Below are positions 20,226 through 30,704 of a stretch of 64,000 bases of DNA, piece by piece (the stretch's first letter is position 1; the number at the start of each line of letters is the position of its first letter). The stretch is taken from positions 154,661-218,660 of the IMG/VR virus record IMGVR_UViG_3300046513_000348, one strand, 5' to 3'. The notes under the pieces were generated by a model. It was not told where the DNA came from. It searched no databases and saw only the letters and a program-made list of their open reading frames with translations. A program made the translations under genes and the position numbers.

Positions 20226-21914
20226 TTACCGCCTTTTGAATTTTTCGTTGGTATGTTGGAGAAGCGGAGCGAATTCCGGCGGTTCCATCGTAATGAAGTC
20301 CGGCGTGATCGTTCCATAGACGTTTAGTCGCGTCCTGCCTGTCGGGGTTTTCTTCTGGATGTTCAGATAACCACCGATCGGTGCGATAGATGCATCCAGG
20401 ACTTTGGACGAACCCTGAGAATTGCTATCGCGCCTTGCCCCTTTACTGCTGCTGCTGGTTTGTGGAACCAAGAGCGTGGTCAACTTGAATGCCATGTTAT
20501 CGCCAGGGATGGCGATGGACGAGACACCAGGACGACCATTAGTGATCTTGAAGATCGGGCCAGGTTTGAGTTTCTTTTTGAAGATCTCCTCGATCGTCTT
20601 CCGCGTCAGTGGCCGTTTCGGGTCCGTCAGCGAACGACGATATGCCGTATGGATGGCAAAGTTTGTCTCTACGATTGCATGGGTGATGTCGTAAAGGACG
20701 TAGTTCAGGACACTCAGTTCCTTGCCATACATACTGCTGATCCGGTCAGAGTCCTGCAGGATCCAGGAGTTGCAATACTTCATCACATGCACGAAGAAAT
20801 CGTACGTGCTCGTGACGTCAATGCCAATGGACTTCAGCTTTTGCTGCGTAATCAGGTCCATGTACTGGTCGATTGACTTGAAGTGGTCACGCACTTTATC
20901 GTGCAGAAGCCCTTCATTCATATCACCCGTCCAGAGAATGTGGCCCATCAAGACTTTCCACAACCAGAGATTGTCGATGTCTCGCAGGATCATCCGCTTA
21001 GGGAAGTGATCGACCAGATAGAAGAATGCCCCAACGAGGCTTTCCACTTGCTGGGTAAACTGATTACGAGGGATGGCCACTTTGATGCGGCTACGTACCC
21101 AGTCCATGCGCGGGTTACTGCTGGGTTGTACCCCACGCGATTCGCAAATCACCCAGTCTTCAGTAGGATACAGATCCATTTCCATGGAGTCGTCCCCAAA
21201 GTGAGGAGTGACGCCATAGTACCGCTTGAATGTTTCCGTGACACCATACTTGCAGAACAGGTAGTGCGCCAGCGACGTTTCCATCTTAATTGTCGGCTGG
21301 AGCGCCTTCATGTCTGCCGTCTTGTTGTAGATATTCGACCAGACCACTTGGGTCGAACGGTTACGACCATCGACCTGGAAGACGTAGTCCAGGCGACGGA
21401 AGATCAACTTGATGCACAGCAATTGTGCAAAGACATTGTCGTCATCGGGGGAGATAACGATGTCCTGCAGAATCGGACTGATCGCAAAACGCGAACCTGC
21501 GATCGTGATCAAGCCGCCCTTCGTGACGAAAGGCAGATAGATGAACCGGGAAGGCAAGTCCTCGAACTTGTTGCTGCCCGGCTCTTTGAAACGGAAGAAA
21601 AACTTCACCAGGAACACATCCGAGCGGGCTACGTCGAATGCGGTCTTGGGAGCTTTCTTGAGTTTGGTCTCGACCCGTTTCGTGGTCTTCGTGGGAGAAC
21701 GCTTGCGCGCACCCTCACGATATTCTTCAGGCGGAGTACATCGTTCATACCCAGCATACACCAGGCAATCTGGAAACTCTCGCGAGATGCTCTTCCAGAC
21801 CTGATCGATGAACTTGAGCGCCGAAGGGATATGCTTGGTTGCGATACCACTCGCAATCGCATCGTTGAACTTGCCAACGAGGCGACTCCGGAGCTCAGCG
21901 AAAGTTGGATCCAT
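20226..21914 (-). CDS. Non-virion RNA polymerase beta N-terminal subunit (phiKZ gp123-like)
   Basis: GYERCTPPEEY, DVFLVKFFF, IYLPFV..GG.ITIAGS.F.ISP.L.D (beta-like) and GRTRLN motifs; syntenic with capsid and helicase genes. Confidence 0.82.
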   Translation of the reverse strand: MDPTFAELRSRLVGKFNDAIASGIATKHIPSALKFIDQVWKSISREFPDCLVYAGYERCTPPEEYREGARKRSPTKTTKRVETKLKKAPKTAFDVARSDVFLVKFFFRFKEPGSNKFEDLPSRFIYLPFVTKGGLITIAGSRFAISPILQDIVISPDDDNVFAQLLCIKLIFRRLDYVFQVDGRNRSTQVVWSNIYNKTADMKALQPTIKMETSLAHYLFCKYGVTETFKRYYGVTPHFGDDSMEMDLYPTEDWVICESRGVQPSSNPRMDWVRSRIKVAIPRNQFTQQVESLVGAFFYLVDHFPKRMILRDIDNLWLWKVLMGHILWTGDMNEGLLHDKVRDHFKSIDQYMDLITQQKLKSIGIDVTSTYDFFVHVMKYCNSWILQDSDRISSMYGKELSVLNYVLYDITHAIVETNFAIHTAYRRSLTDPKRPLTRKTIEEIFKKKLKPGPIFKITNGRPGVSSIAIPGDNMAFKLTTLLVPQTSSSSKGARRDSNSQGSSKVLDASIAPIGGYLNIQKKTPTGRTRLNVYGTITPDFITMEPPEFAPLLQHTNEKFKRR

Positions 21915-21932
21915 TAACTTCTCCGCTAAGTG

Positions 21933-23081
21933 TTATTTTGAAAAGAGGCCTTTAAGTGCTACGAATGCTGCTCCTGCACCAATGATCAGGCCTGGAATGA
22001 ACTTCACGAACTCTGACGTATCTTTCCGCACAGTCGAACGACCTTCGTAGAAATCTCTAATCCTCATTTGCTCGAGTTTGGCCTCGTGTTCTTCACGAGC
22101 GAAGCGTTGTTGTTGCTCGACCTCATACAGCCGATGCTTACGCTCTTTTTCCTCAAGCTCCCTTTGCAGCGCACCATTCTGTCGTTCAAGCTCAAGCTTT
22201 TCCAAATCCTGGCTCGACTTCGTCAATGTTGTCTCTGCGGAAATTTTTCTTGTTTCTAGATCAAGTTCCTTTAATTCTAGACTCGCTTCTATCTCTCTTT
22301 CAGGAGAATTACGCGCTTCTGCAAACGTTGTAAAAAGCCAACCAAGCTTGTCAATTTCCTCTGCTGGCGTAAAGTCGATGAAGTCCCTGAGGTCTGCTCG
22401 GGGATTATCCATCAGGCCGCGATATGCGGTATAAACGCCATCTGGTTTTAGACCATTCTTGATTGGATCGATTCTTACTACTTTTCCCATCATTCGAATG
22501 TAGCGTGCACCGATCGTTTCTTTGTTGTCAACAATGAATACGCCTAGACCGCCCTCAGTTACAGTTCGGACACTCTTCGGAGTATGGCTCATCGCTTCTA
22601 ACGAAAACGGATGAAGTGGTATATTATCCTGTTTTGTCGATAAGATAATATCTAGTTCAGTTAGATAGATCGTTCCGCCTTGGTGATTTATATCGCCTGC
22701 TGAAATACGATAATCGAACTTTAGCGTTACTCCATGCGCTTGATCTCGATAAGTCTCTAAGAACAGCTTCTTGAACGCCCTCAAGTCGCTACTCTCAATT
22801 CCTTCATGACTTAACAAGCGATCTCTAACGGATGCCTTGAGATTATCGGTCAGGTTGAGTTCTTGCCTGATGATAAAGTCTTGACGATGTCGATCGGACC
22901 TTGGCTGTAGGTCATAGATGACTCCGTTACGCGTCCCCATCCTTATTGTTCTGCCTGAATAATTCAGGAACTTCGTGTGGATGGATAGATCGCAATGCTC
23001 GTGCACCGAATACTGGTGAGCTGGTGATTCAATTAGCGGTACCGAAATAACGGCCGCTAGTTTCCCCCTTTCAGCTTCCAT
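21933..23081 (-). CDS. Coiled-coil protein with a C-terminal hydrophobic tail
   Basis: Lies between the capsid and RNAP genes; long E/K/R-rich helix and terminal IPGLIIGAGAAFVAL; AT-rich codon usage. Confidence 0.75.
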   Translation of the reverse strand: MEAERGKLAAVISVPLIESPAHQYSVHEHCDLSIHTKFLNYSGRTIRMGTRNGVIYDLQPRSDRHRQDFIIRQELNLTDNLKASVRDRLLSHEGIESSDLRAFKKLFLETYRDQAHGVTLKFDYRISAGDINHQGGTIYLTELDIILSTKQDNIPLHPFSLEAMSHTPKSVRTVTEGGLGVFIVDNKETIGARYIRMMGKVVRIDPIKNGLKPDGVYTAYRGLMDNPRADLRDFIDFTPAEEIDKLGWLFTTFAEARNSPEREIEASLELKELDLETRKISAETTLTKSSQDLEKLELERQNGALQRELEEKERKHRLYEVEQQQRFAREEHEAKLEQMRIRDFYEGRSTVRKDTSEFVKFIPGLIIGAGAAFVALKGLFSK

Positions 23082-23173
23082 GTGCAGTTCGTCCTACGTT
23101 ATTGATTCTTAACATCTTATTCGACCCTACCTTTTTACAGCTGAGTCTCCTTAGCCCTGGGAACTTCAAGCTA

Positions 23174-23192
23174 ATGATATATTCTTAAAAAT
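23174..23192 (-). promoter_or_regulatory. Putative early promoter
   Basis: Minus strand ATTTTTAAGAATATATCAT. Confidence 0.65.
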
Positions 23193-23212
23193 AAATAGAC
23201 AGCATAAACCCT

Positions 23213-23241
23213 CTCTCCTACCCTTGCGGGTAGGAGAGAGG
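23213..23241 (-). terminator. Terminator after the major capsid gene
   Basis: CTCTCTCCTACCC-TTGC-GGGTAGGAGAGAG hairpin. Confidence 0.85.
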
Positions 23242-23287
23242 AGTCTGCCTTTAGTTAGGCTTAGCTAGGTCACGAAGACGAAGCTAA

Positions 23288-25507
23288 TTACGGCGCCGGC
23301 GCCGGCTCGGTCGTGTTCTCGATCGAGAGCACGGCCTTCTGGGTCAGGGCCTGCTGCAGGTTCTTCACGGTCACCACGCCCAGGATCGGGGTCAGCGGGA
23401 TGTGACGGAACGACGGGTGAACGATCAGTTCACGCGAGTGGCTGCCACGGCTCAGGTTCAGAGCGGCGACGACTTCCGGCTTGTTGATCATCATGCCGTG
23501 ATCCAGAGGGTGCGGAACACCCGGGTTGGCCGACGGGTAGCCCAGGGCGATGAAGATCTTGTCGTAGACGCGGCGGTCCGGGGTCGAAGCTTTCTCGTAG
23601 GAGAAGTCCGGGCCCATGGTGCGGGTGTCGCCGTTGATCTTCAGGTACTGGGTCAGCACCATGTCGGTACCGAGCTTGACGACCGGCAGGGCGGCTTCCG
23701 TGCCTTCCAGCAGGTTCGCCGCAGCTTGCCAGTTCGACTTCTGCCACAGCTTGTAGGCCACGATGGTGCAGGTGTCGGTCAGGATCGAGGTGATGTCGTC
23801 GTAGCGCTGATGCTGCGCGGTCGTGGTAACTTCCGCGGCCAGGTCCAGTTCGACTTCTTCCAGGACCGGCTCGACCAGGTAGGACGAGATGCCCATGATT
23901 TCCGGCTGACGGCCGACGATGTCCGAACGCTTGCTGTACTGGCGCAGGCTTTCGACTTCGCTCAGCAGCTGGGTCACGGCCAGGTTCGACTGGCGAACCT
24001 TGCACAGGTACGACAGCGCAGCAGCGTGCAGCGCGTCTTGTGCATCGCCGTTGGTGATCGGACGCTGCACGGACAGCGGCGAACCCAGCGACACGCCGTA
24101 CACCTGGCGGTAGGTGTTGAAGTCAGCCAGCTGGCCCAGTTCACGCAGCGAGCTGTTGACCTTACGTGCGTCGATGTCGACGCCGATGATCTTGGCAGTT
24201 GCGAACAGCTCGACCATCGCGGCATTGCCGGCGGCCGACAGGTCGACCGGCTGGCCCAGGGCGTTCTTCACGGTGTTGGCGAAGACGGAACCGGTGATGA
24301 TCTCGTAGGACGAATCCTGCAGGTTGATGTCGCCGTTGATCTTGAAGGTCAGCCATGCGGTCGAAGCGTTGTCGCCCTGGAAGGCGGTCAGCAGTTCGGA
24401 CACGCCGCCGTTGAACAGCGAGGTGTTCTTGCCGATGGTTGCAGCGTCGGTATTGAACGCCAGGTCCATACGACGGGTCAGACCCTGCTGGCCTTCGACG
24501 AACTGGTTCATCGGGCTGTTGCGGGTGTCGATACGGACGACTTCCTTCTTCGTACCGTCGGCGTTCTGGAACTGGATGTACACGCCGGTCAGGACAGCAC
24601 CCGGGTCCAGTGCGTCGGTCTGGTCCAGCACGCCCTTGGCCAGCTGCGCGTCGGTTTGTGCCAGGCGGAACAGCGAAGCGCGGTAGTTCACCTTCAGCGG
24701 TGCGGTCTGCACGCCGGTGCCGTCTTCGAGGGTCACGGCGTACGGCGCCACCAGGGCCGGGTCGACGAACGCATCCTTGGTCTGCTCGCGGACGATCGGG
24801 ACGATCTTCAGCGTGTCGTTCTTCAGGATGGTGTGGTCGATTTCAGCGTTGACGATGTTGCGACGGTTGAAGTCGGTCAGGCGCTTTTCCAGCTCGTGAC
24901 GGACCTGGTCGTGCACGGAAATCAGCGGGATTTCCATTTCGATCGCGTACTGGTCCGGCGACAGGTTGACGGTCTTGTAGAACATCTCGCCGAACTTGTT
25001 CTGGGTGGCGGTAGCCAGCGCGAACGCAGCGGTGAAGTTCAGGGTTTCGTCGTTCGGCTTGGTGTCGTACGCTTCCAGCGACTTCTGGCCCAGCTTGGTC
25101 GGATCGACGCCGCTGTGGTCCGGAATGAACACGTCGAACGGGCCGCTCGACTTGTGCTGGTTCTTGTTGCCCTGGCGCAGGATGTGCGCTTTCGGGTTCA
25201 TTGCCGAAGCCAGCGCGAAGCGGACGGCTTCCTGCTGCTGCGGGGTGATGTCGCTGGTGCCGGCTTTCGGGTGGATGCGGGTGAACGACTCGATCGACAC
25301 TTGCAGGGTGTCCAGCATGCCGGCGGCGTCGTCTTCCTGGCCTTGGGTGAACGACTCGTTCGAGATCAGGACCATGCCCAGATCCGAGTTCGGCGTCAGG
25401 CTGCCTTCGGTGCGCAGCTGTGCGACCAGGTTGAATGCCGCATTGGCGACGTTTTGTGCTTCGACGTCAGCGCGCTTGGTGTACTTCGATTTGGAAACAA
25501 AAGCCAT
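23288..25507 (-). CDS. Major capsid protein (phiKZ gp120-like)
   Basis: About 739 aa with extreme codon bias; propeptide with SNE/SIE/SLE|AYD cleavage motifs; Q..FGEMFYKTV, GTD...YL and HPSFRHI motifs; synteny. Confidence 0.9.
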   Translation of the reverse strand: MAFVSKSKYTKRADVEAQNVANAAFNLVAQLRTEGSLTPNSDLGMVLISNESFTQGQEDDAAGMLDTLQVSIESFTRIHPKAGTSDITPQQQEAVRFALASAMNPKAHILRQGNKNQHKSSGPFDVFIPDHSGVDPTKLGQKSLEAYDTKPNDETLNFTAAFALATATQNKFGEMFYKTVNLSPDQYAIEMEIPLISVHDQVRHELEKRLTDFNRRNIVNAEIDHTILKNDTLKIVPIVREQTKDAFVDPALVAPYAVTLEDGTGVQTAPLKVNYRASLFRLAQTDAQLAKGVLDQTDALDPGAVLTGVYIQFQNADGTKKEVVRIDTRNSPMNQFVEGQQGLTRRMDLAFNTDAATIGKNTSLFNGGVSELLTAFQGDNASTAWLTFKINGDINLQDSSYEIITGSVFANTVKNALGQPVDLSAAGNAAMVELFATAKIIGVDIDARKVNSSLRELGQLADFNTYRQVYGVSLGSPLSVQRPITNGDAQDALHAAALSYLCKVRQSNLAVTQLLSEVESLRQYSKRSDIVGRQPEIMGISSYLVEPVLEEVELDLAAEVTTTAQHQRYDDITSILTDTCTIVAYKLWQKSNWQAAANLLEGTEAALPVVKLGTDMVLTQYLKINGDTRTMGPDFSYEKASTPDRRVYDKIFIALGYPSANPGVPHPLDHGMMINKPEVVAALNLSRGSHSRELIVHPSFRHIPLTPILGVVTVKNLQQALTQKAVLSIENTTEPAPAP

Positions 25508-25611
25508 GGTTATTACCTCTTTATTCCTAGGAAAAAGGTGATGGGACAAAATCTAACTCAAAACCGGTTTTGATGGCAAATACCACCAAAGTATAGATTC
25601 AAGTTCGAAAC

Positions 25612-26247
25612 TTATTTCAGGCGCGACAATTCGATCAGATACCAATCGAACCAGCAGGTCTGATGCACGACGTTGAGGTCGTAATACGATTGCAGCTTCT
25701 CTACGATGCTTCGCAGAATCGAAAGACGCAGTTCAGGATGGCGGTTGAGAATCACCGGCGAAAGGATTCCTTGGTTGAGGGCCACTACAACCAATTTGTC
25801 CGATGCCGAATAAACGCTATAAGATTGATGAAGATCGATCTTGTTTGCGGGTGCTTCCTTGAATGGGTCCAGGATGTACTGGTTCACCATCTTGGCTGCG
25901 TATTCTTTGTTGTCGCCCAGTTTGCTGATCTGGTTCCTGACATATACATCAGTATCGGACTTGATCTCCGACTGTCCAGCGCCTTCTGGGAAGTACCAGC
26001 TGTAACCGATCGAGCGCGTGCTGCGCTCATTGAAGTCGCCAGGCTTTGGCATGTTGCCGCCATTCCAGAGAATGGACAAACCGTTGTGCGAGAACTTGTC
26101 GATAGCCACCAGTTGTTCCTGAGTGAACCATTGACGCATCTTCGAGAAGTTGACGAGATCTTCGATTTGGCCCTTACGAGCCAGCGTACGATAGACCCAG
26201 TCGGGGATCACATGGACTTGATCCCCCGGCATACTCTTTAAGAACAT
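25612..26247 (-). CDS. Conserved hypothetical protein (phiKZ gp119-like position)
   Basis: Lies between the helicase and capsid genes, as in phiKZ-like phages. Confidence 0.7.
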   Translation of the reverse strand: MFLKSMPGDQVHVIPDWVYRTLARKGQIEDLVNFSKMRQWFTQEQLVAIDKFSHNGLSILWNGGNMPKPGDFNERSTRSIGYSWYFPEGAGQSEIKSDTDVYVRNQISKLGDNKEYAAKMVNQYILDPFKEAPANKIDLHQSYSVYSASDKLVVVALNQGILSPVILNRHPELRLSILRSIVEKLQSYYDLNVVHQTCWFDWYLIELSRLK

Positions 26248-26343
26248 AACCGTGTCCTATCTGGGTTGAAAATAAAATATAAAACTTAGCGGCTCTTATT
26301 TGAACAATTCACCGAACCCGACCAACAACAAGTAGGTCTCAAA

Positions 26344-27867
26344 ATGACCCCAAGACTTCTTCTTCTTAAGATCATCACTCTCTTGCATCTCGAATCGCAA
26401 ATTGCGGGCGAAAATGCAAAGTCAGTCGATTTGGCAACGGAACTTCTCGCGACCGTCAAAATCCCTGAGGCCGACGTAGGTCTCATAGATAGTGAGCGCG
26501 AGATTATTGGAGCGCTCTACAACATATGTCGCAAACTGGCAAACGCCCCTGCTGGCGATGAGCCTGATAAATCGGACCTGCTTCAAGAGGTTCGTCTGCA
26601 CTGCTCGACCGAGATCGACCTGTTCGAATCATTCAAGGAAGGTGTCATCCTCGAGTTGTCGCAAGAAGGTCTGAAAAAGCGCGTTGGCGTGATTCGAAAG
26701 GACCTGAAAGAATACCTGAACTTCGAAGCAACGAAGAAGCGTCTGTTCGATGCAGCACATACCCTTCGTTTCAAGAGCAACACGATCGAAGACATCTCGA
26801 CTTATATCCGCGAGTTGTCGACTGATCTGGAGTCGTCTGTTACCAAGTCGTCCAAGAAGGACTCGGCCATTCTCGGCGAGATCAACATGGACGATAAGGA
26901 ATCTGTCGTCAAGGCAGCTACTGCTGTTTCCAATGAGCAATCCGGTGTTGGCAAACTGAAGTATCACCTTCAGGATCTGAACGACATGTTGAACGGAGGT
27001 CAGCGCCGTGGTGAATTCGTCTTGGCGTCGGCTCTGCCGCACAACAACAAGTCGGGTTTCTCCCTGGACATCTTTGCTGGCATTGCCGTATATAACGAGC
27101 CGTATCTGTTCGATGTGACCAAGAAGCCCATGCTGCTTCGTATCTCGTTCGAAGATGACGTCGAGATGAACTTCAACCACCTCTACAAGCACTTCTGGGA
27201 ACAGGAGCATGGCGAGGTGGCAATCATGACTGGCAAGTCGACCGACGAGATTGCTCAGTACGTCATGGACAAGATGACGGTCAACGGTTGGCACGTCAGG
27301 ATGATCAAGGTCGATCCATCGCTCTGGACTATCTTCGATCTGTTTGCTTATGTTCGTGATCTGGAAGCTGAAGGTTACGAGATCGCAATGTGCATGCTGG
27401 ACTACATGCGTAAGATGCCTACTACGGGTTGCGTACAGGGCGTTGCAGGCGCTGACATCCGTGACATGGCCCGTCGTTGCCGTAACTTCTTCAACGCTCG
27501 TAAAACGGCTTTCTACACCCCGCACCAGATCTCGACTCAGGCAAAGGAAATCCAACGTTCTGTCCCGAAAGACTTCGTCAAGATGCTTCCGGGTGGTGGT
27601 TACTACGACGGCTGTAAGTCCCTGGATGCCGAAGCAGACATCGAGATCTTCCAGCACATCGAGAAACAGAACGGGTTCAGTTATCTGACCCTGCACCGTG
27701 GCAAACACCGCGGTGCTCCTGTTCTGTCTGAAGACCAGAAGTACCTCGTCTACCAATTCCACGACATCGGTGGTATCCCTCCGGACATCGGTAAGGATCG
27801 CACTGGTCTTCGTAAGGTAGGCGGTAAGCCTGCTGGTCAAGCGGACGCTGACTTCGACTGGATGTAA
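26344..27867 (+). CDS. DnaB-like replicative helicase (phiKZ gp118-like)
   Basis: LNDMLNGGQRRGE, variant Walker A ALPHNNKS, ISFED, MLDY, TPHQIS and RGKHRG motifs. Confidence 0.9.
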   Translation: MTPRLLLLKIITLLHLESQIAGENAKSVDLATELLATVKIPEADVGLIDSEREIIGALYNICRKLANAPAGDEPDKSDLLQEVRLHCSTEIDLFESFKEGVILELSQEGLKKRVGVIRKDLKEYLNFEATKKRLFDAAHTLRFKSNTIEDISTYIRELSTDLESSVTKSSKKDSAILGEINMDDKESVVKAATAVSNEQSGVGKLKYHLQDLNDMLNGGQRRGEFVLASALPHNNKSGFSLDIFAGIAVYNEPYLFDVTKKPMLLRISFEDDVEMNFNHLYKHFWEQEHGEVAIMTGKSTDEIAQYVMDKMTVNGWHVRMIKVDPSLWTIFDLFAYVRDLEAEGYEIAMCMLDYMRKMPTTGCVQGVAGADIRDMARRCRNFFNARKTAFYTPHQISTQAKEIQRSVPKDFVKMLPGGGYYDGCKSLDAEADIEIFQHIEKQNGFSYLTLHRGKHRGAPVLSEDQKYLVYQFHDIGGIPPDIGKDRTGLRKVGGKPAGQADADFDWM

Positions 27868-27889
27868 ACAAGCAAAAAAAAAATAAGAG

Positions 27890-27914
27890 TCTCCTACCCC
27901 GCAAGGGGTAGGAG
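27890..27914. terminator. Terminator between convergent genes
   Basis: CTCCTACCCC-GCAA-GGGGTAGGAG hairpin. Confidence 0.85.
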
Positions 27915-27923
27915 TTCTCTGCC

Positions 27924-28277
27924 CTATGCTGTCTTCTTAGGACGATTCAACCAATGCTTCTTGCAGTACTTTCCTTGTTCTCGAGCAACAAGATCGCAGA
28001 AAGACCTGGTGAGGCGATACCCCTCTTTATCATCCAGCCACTTGGTCTCGATGACGCCCTCACCGATGAACTTGTGCAGGATAGGCGGGAACATACACAG
28101 ATTGTTTCCACTTACCCCGAAATGCCCTGCGATTTCGAGCATGGTCTGCCATACTTCGCGATTGTTGTTCAGGAAACGAAGCAACTTAATCTCGTCATAG
28201 GAAGTTTGGTCTTGGAAGACCATTGGGGTGAAGATGGCTGTTGCCAACTCCACCCGCTGGCTCATAGCCGCAGCCAT
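27924..28277 (-). CDS. Putative winged-helix domain protein
   Basis: KLLRFL..WQTMLEIAGHF..ILHKFIGEGVIE..GYRLT pattern. Confidence 0.6.
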   Translation of the reverse strand: MAAAMSQRVELATAIFTPMVFQDQTSYDEIKLLRFLNNNREVWQTMLEIAGHFGVSGNNLCMFPPILHKFIGEGVIETKWLDDKEGYRLTRSFCDLVAREQGKYCKKHWLNRPKKTA

Positions 28278-29636
28278 TTACACATCCAGGCCGTAGAACT
28301 TGGCGTTCCGCAGGAACTGCTGGGCACGCTCAGTGCCGAAGACGATGCCGTGAGATTCGAAGGTCGGCTTGACGCCAGGATTGCGCTCAGCGTAGGCCAG
28401 GAAGTCGTTCGCTGCTTGAGCGATGGTTCGGACATCGTCAACATTCAGCGACTGTCCGAACACAGCGATACTCACGCTCAAGACGGCAGGATCCGGCTGG
28501 AAGTCATCGCCCAGATCCGTACTTTCCATGAGTTTTCCGCGCGCCGTATCTTCCCCGGAGGAACCGGTTTGTCCTTGGGAAATTTTCCCATCGTTTCCCG
28601 AACGCTGATTGTCACGCAACGACATCGGAGTATCGACAGTGCTGCGGCCTTGGCTGTCCGACTGGCCCGGCGTATTACTGCGACCGGTCGTATCGCCTTG
28701 CATCATTGCCGAAGCAGTGCCGCGGGAATCAACCATGTCCTTGTTCAGTTCACGACCGGTTTCCTGACGATACTGATCGGCTGCCTGTCCAGTACGGCGT
28801 TCATTCGTCCCGCCTTCGTCACGACGGTCCTGCTGGCCACGCGGTTGCTGTTCGGAAGAGCCTTGTTTGTCACCCTGCTTGACATTTTCCATCAGCTGAC
28901 GGAACGGCATGGTCACGACGTACAGGTCACCATTCGATGCCGGGATCTTGTCGATGACGCCGCGTTGTTGCAGGTCCTTGGACAATGCCATGAACAGGGA
29001 AGCCCGATCGCCGCGAACATCGAACTTGTTCGAGATGGTATCGAAGTTGACGCCCTGAGCGTTCTGATCGTAGATAGCACGCACGAGATTGACTTCTTCG
29101 TCCATGGAGCTGACTTCGCCGCCGACCACGTTCTTGGCCAGTTCCATGTTTTCCTTCGTGCTGATCTTCTCTACATGCTCTTCGAACTTACTGCGGGTCG
29201 TTTTGTTCTGGTCCTTGTTACCAGTCTGGTCCGATGCTTTTTGGATCGAGCCCTGGTTGGTTGCGTCTTGACGATTACCTTTGTCCATGTCGTTCTCCTT
29301 CGTTTCGTTGTTGGCTGCCTTGAGGTCCGGATTGTATTCACGCATCAATTCGATCATGTCCGGCGTGAAGCGGATGCGATCGATCGAACCGAACTCGTAC
29401 TTGTCGATGATGCCGTTCGTCTGCAGCATGTCGATGCCCGACGAGATCATCTCAGTGTCGAAGCCTTGATTCTGGAAGTGTTGAGAAAGCTCCTTGTAAC
29501 TGACGCTACCGCACTCCAGGATTTCCTTGCCGTATTTCACGACAGTGGCCGGTAGTAAGTGAGTGTCTTCGGTTGCGAGAGCGCTGGCAAGAGCACAGAT
29601 CTGAGGGTCTTGTTTATTGAGTGAGTTTTTATTCAT
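28278..29636 (-). CDS. Protein with two putative winged-helix domains, low-complexity linkers and a C-terminal domain
   Basis: VSYKELSQHF..IDMLQTNGIIDK and VNFDTISNKF..KDLQQRGVIDK..LYVVT, separated by Q/N/D/G/R-rich spacers. Confidence 0.65.
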   Translation of the reverse strand: MNKNSLNKQDPQICALASALATEDTHLLPATVVKYGKEILECGSVSYKELSQHFQNQGFDTEMISSGIDMLQTNGIIDKYEFGSIDRIRFTPDMIELMREYNPDLKAANNETKENDMDKGNRQDATNQGSIQKASDQTGNKDQNKTTRSKFEEHVEKISTKENMELAKNVVGGEVSSMDEEVNLVRAIYDQNAQGVNFDTISNKFDVRGDRASLFMALSKDLQQRGVIDKIPASNGDLYVVTMPFRQLMENVKQGDKQGSSEQQPRGQQDRRDEGGTNERRTGQAADQYRQETGRELNKDMVDSRGTASAMMQGDTTGRSNTPGQSDSQGRSTVDTPMSLRDNQRSGNDGKISQGQTGSSGEDTARGKLMESTDLGDDFQPDPAVLSVSIAVFGQSLNVDDVRTIAQAANDFLAYAERNPGVKPTFESHGIVFGTERAQQFLRNAKFYGLDV

Positions 29637-29683
29637 CGTCTTCCTTTATTAAAAAGTGGTTTTGTACTCTCTCAGGACTTCTT

Positions 29684-30205
29684 TTAAAACAACCGCAGTT
29701 CGCGGAGTTTCTTGAGAAGCTCTTCGGCCTCTTCTTTTTCCAAAGGAACCGGCCCAACTTTGAAGTTCGTTATATCGGGCAGGTTTCGTACGACAGTTGA
29801 AGTCGTCTTATAAAAATCGATCAGCTTCTCAATTGGGACTTCATAGCCCTTTATCTTTACCGTTATTTCCAGAAGAGACTCTAACGATTCGAAAGGGACA
29901 CTGAAGTACTCGTAGAAGGGCGTCGTGATGCGATAAGTCGCCGGTCTGATACTGGCCTCAGCGGCCTGCTCGACTATACCTTGCATAATGAGACTTTCGA
30001 CTGCCCTCTGGATCTTCTCGGCTTCGCTGCGACTGGGACCAAAAATTCTATCGGTCAGATCGCGAACCGATTGAGGTTCGTTTGCTTCCCGATAGAGAAT
30101 CTGAACCACGATCATTTCAGCATTCCATTTCATGCCGAAAGTACCGTGGCGGGCCGCTCGCTTAAAACCAGTGGACTGTTGGGAACCTGGTTCGATCGCG
30201 TTCAT
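29684..30205 (-). CDS. Putative winged-helix protein with a C-terminal domain paralogous to that of 28278-29636
   Basis: PQSVRDLTDRI..IQRAVESLIMQGIVE..TYRIT pattern. Confidence 0.65.
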   Translation of the reverse strand: MNAIEPGSQQSTGFKRAARHGTFGMKWNAEMIVVQILYREANEPQSVRDLTDRIFGPSRSEAEKIQRAVESLIMQGIVEQAAEASIRPATYRITTPFYEYFSVPFESLESLLEITVKIKGYEVPIEKLIDFYKTTSTVVRNLPDITNFKVGPVPLEKEEAEELLKKLRELRLF

Positions 30206-30594
30206 GGCATCTCAACGAACGGCGTTTCCTTCACTTCTTCCACCAGCGCCCTCATGTCTTCCGTCAGTTGATAGCCCTTGCCCTTGACGCTCGAGATCAC
30301 GCCTTCGCCGACCAATTCGAGCATCAGGCGGGTGATGAGTTCGTACGGCGTGAAGACCTTGTTCTCGCGCATGCGCTTGAGAATCAGGTTTTCGGAAACC
30401 GGTTTCTGCGATTTGTGAATCAGATTCACGACGAACTGCGAAGCCGTGAAGTCGGACCATTTGACTTCTGCGGTTTCGTTCAGGAGAACCTTCTTCGGGT
30501 TCTCATGGGCGTATTCCATTTTGAGCCACGCGCGTTCAGCGATACGCTTGATACGGTTGAAGGAACGTGCTTCGCGATCAATTTTGCCCCACAT
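30202..30594 (-). CDS. Putative winged-helix protein
   Basis: KPVSENLILKRM..ITRLMLELVGEGVISS..GYQLT pattern; AAGGAG before MWGK. Confidence 0.65.
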   Translation of the reverse strand: MWGKIDREARSFNRIKRIAERAWLKMEYAHENPKKVLLNETAEVKWSDFTASQFVVNLIHKSQKPVSENLILKRMRENKVFTPYELITRLMLELVGEGVISSVKGKGYQLTEDMRALVEEVKETPFVEMP

Positions 30595-30634
30595 TTTGAA
30601 ACTCCTTATGACATTGTAAAAGTACTTCACTGCG

Positions 30635-30653
30635 GTAATATGTGTCTGAAAAT
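30635..30653 (-). promoter_or_regulatory. Putative early promoter variant
   Basis: Minus strand TTTTCAGACACATATTAC. Confidence 0.5.
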
Positions 30654-30704
30654 AAACAGCATAAGACCAGACCTGGGCTTATCGCCCAGGTCTGGTTTCT
30701 GACG

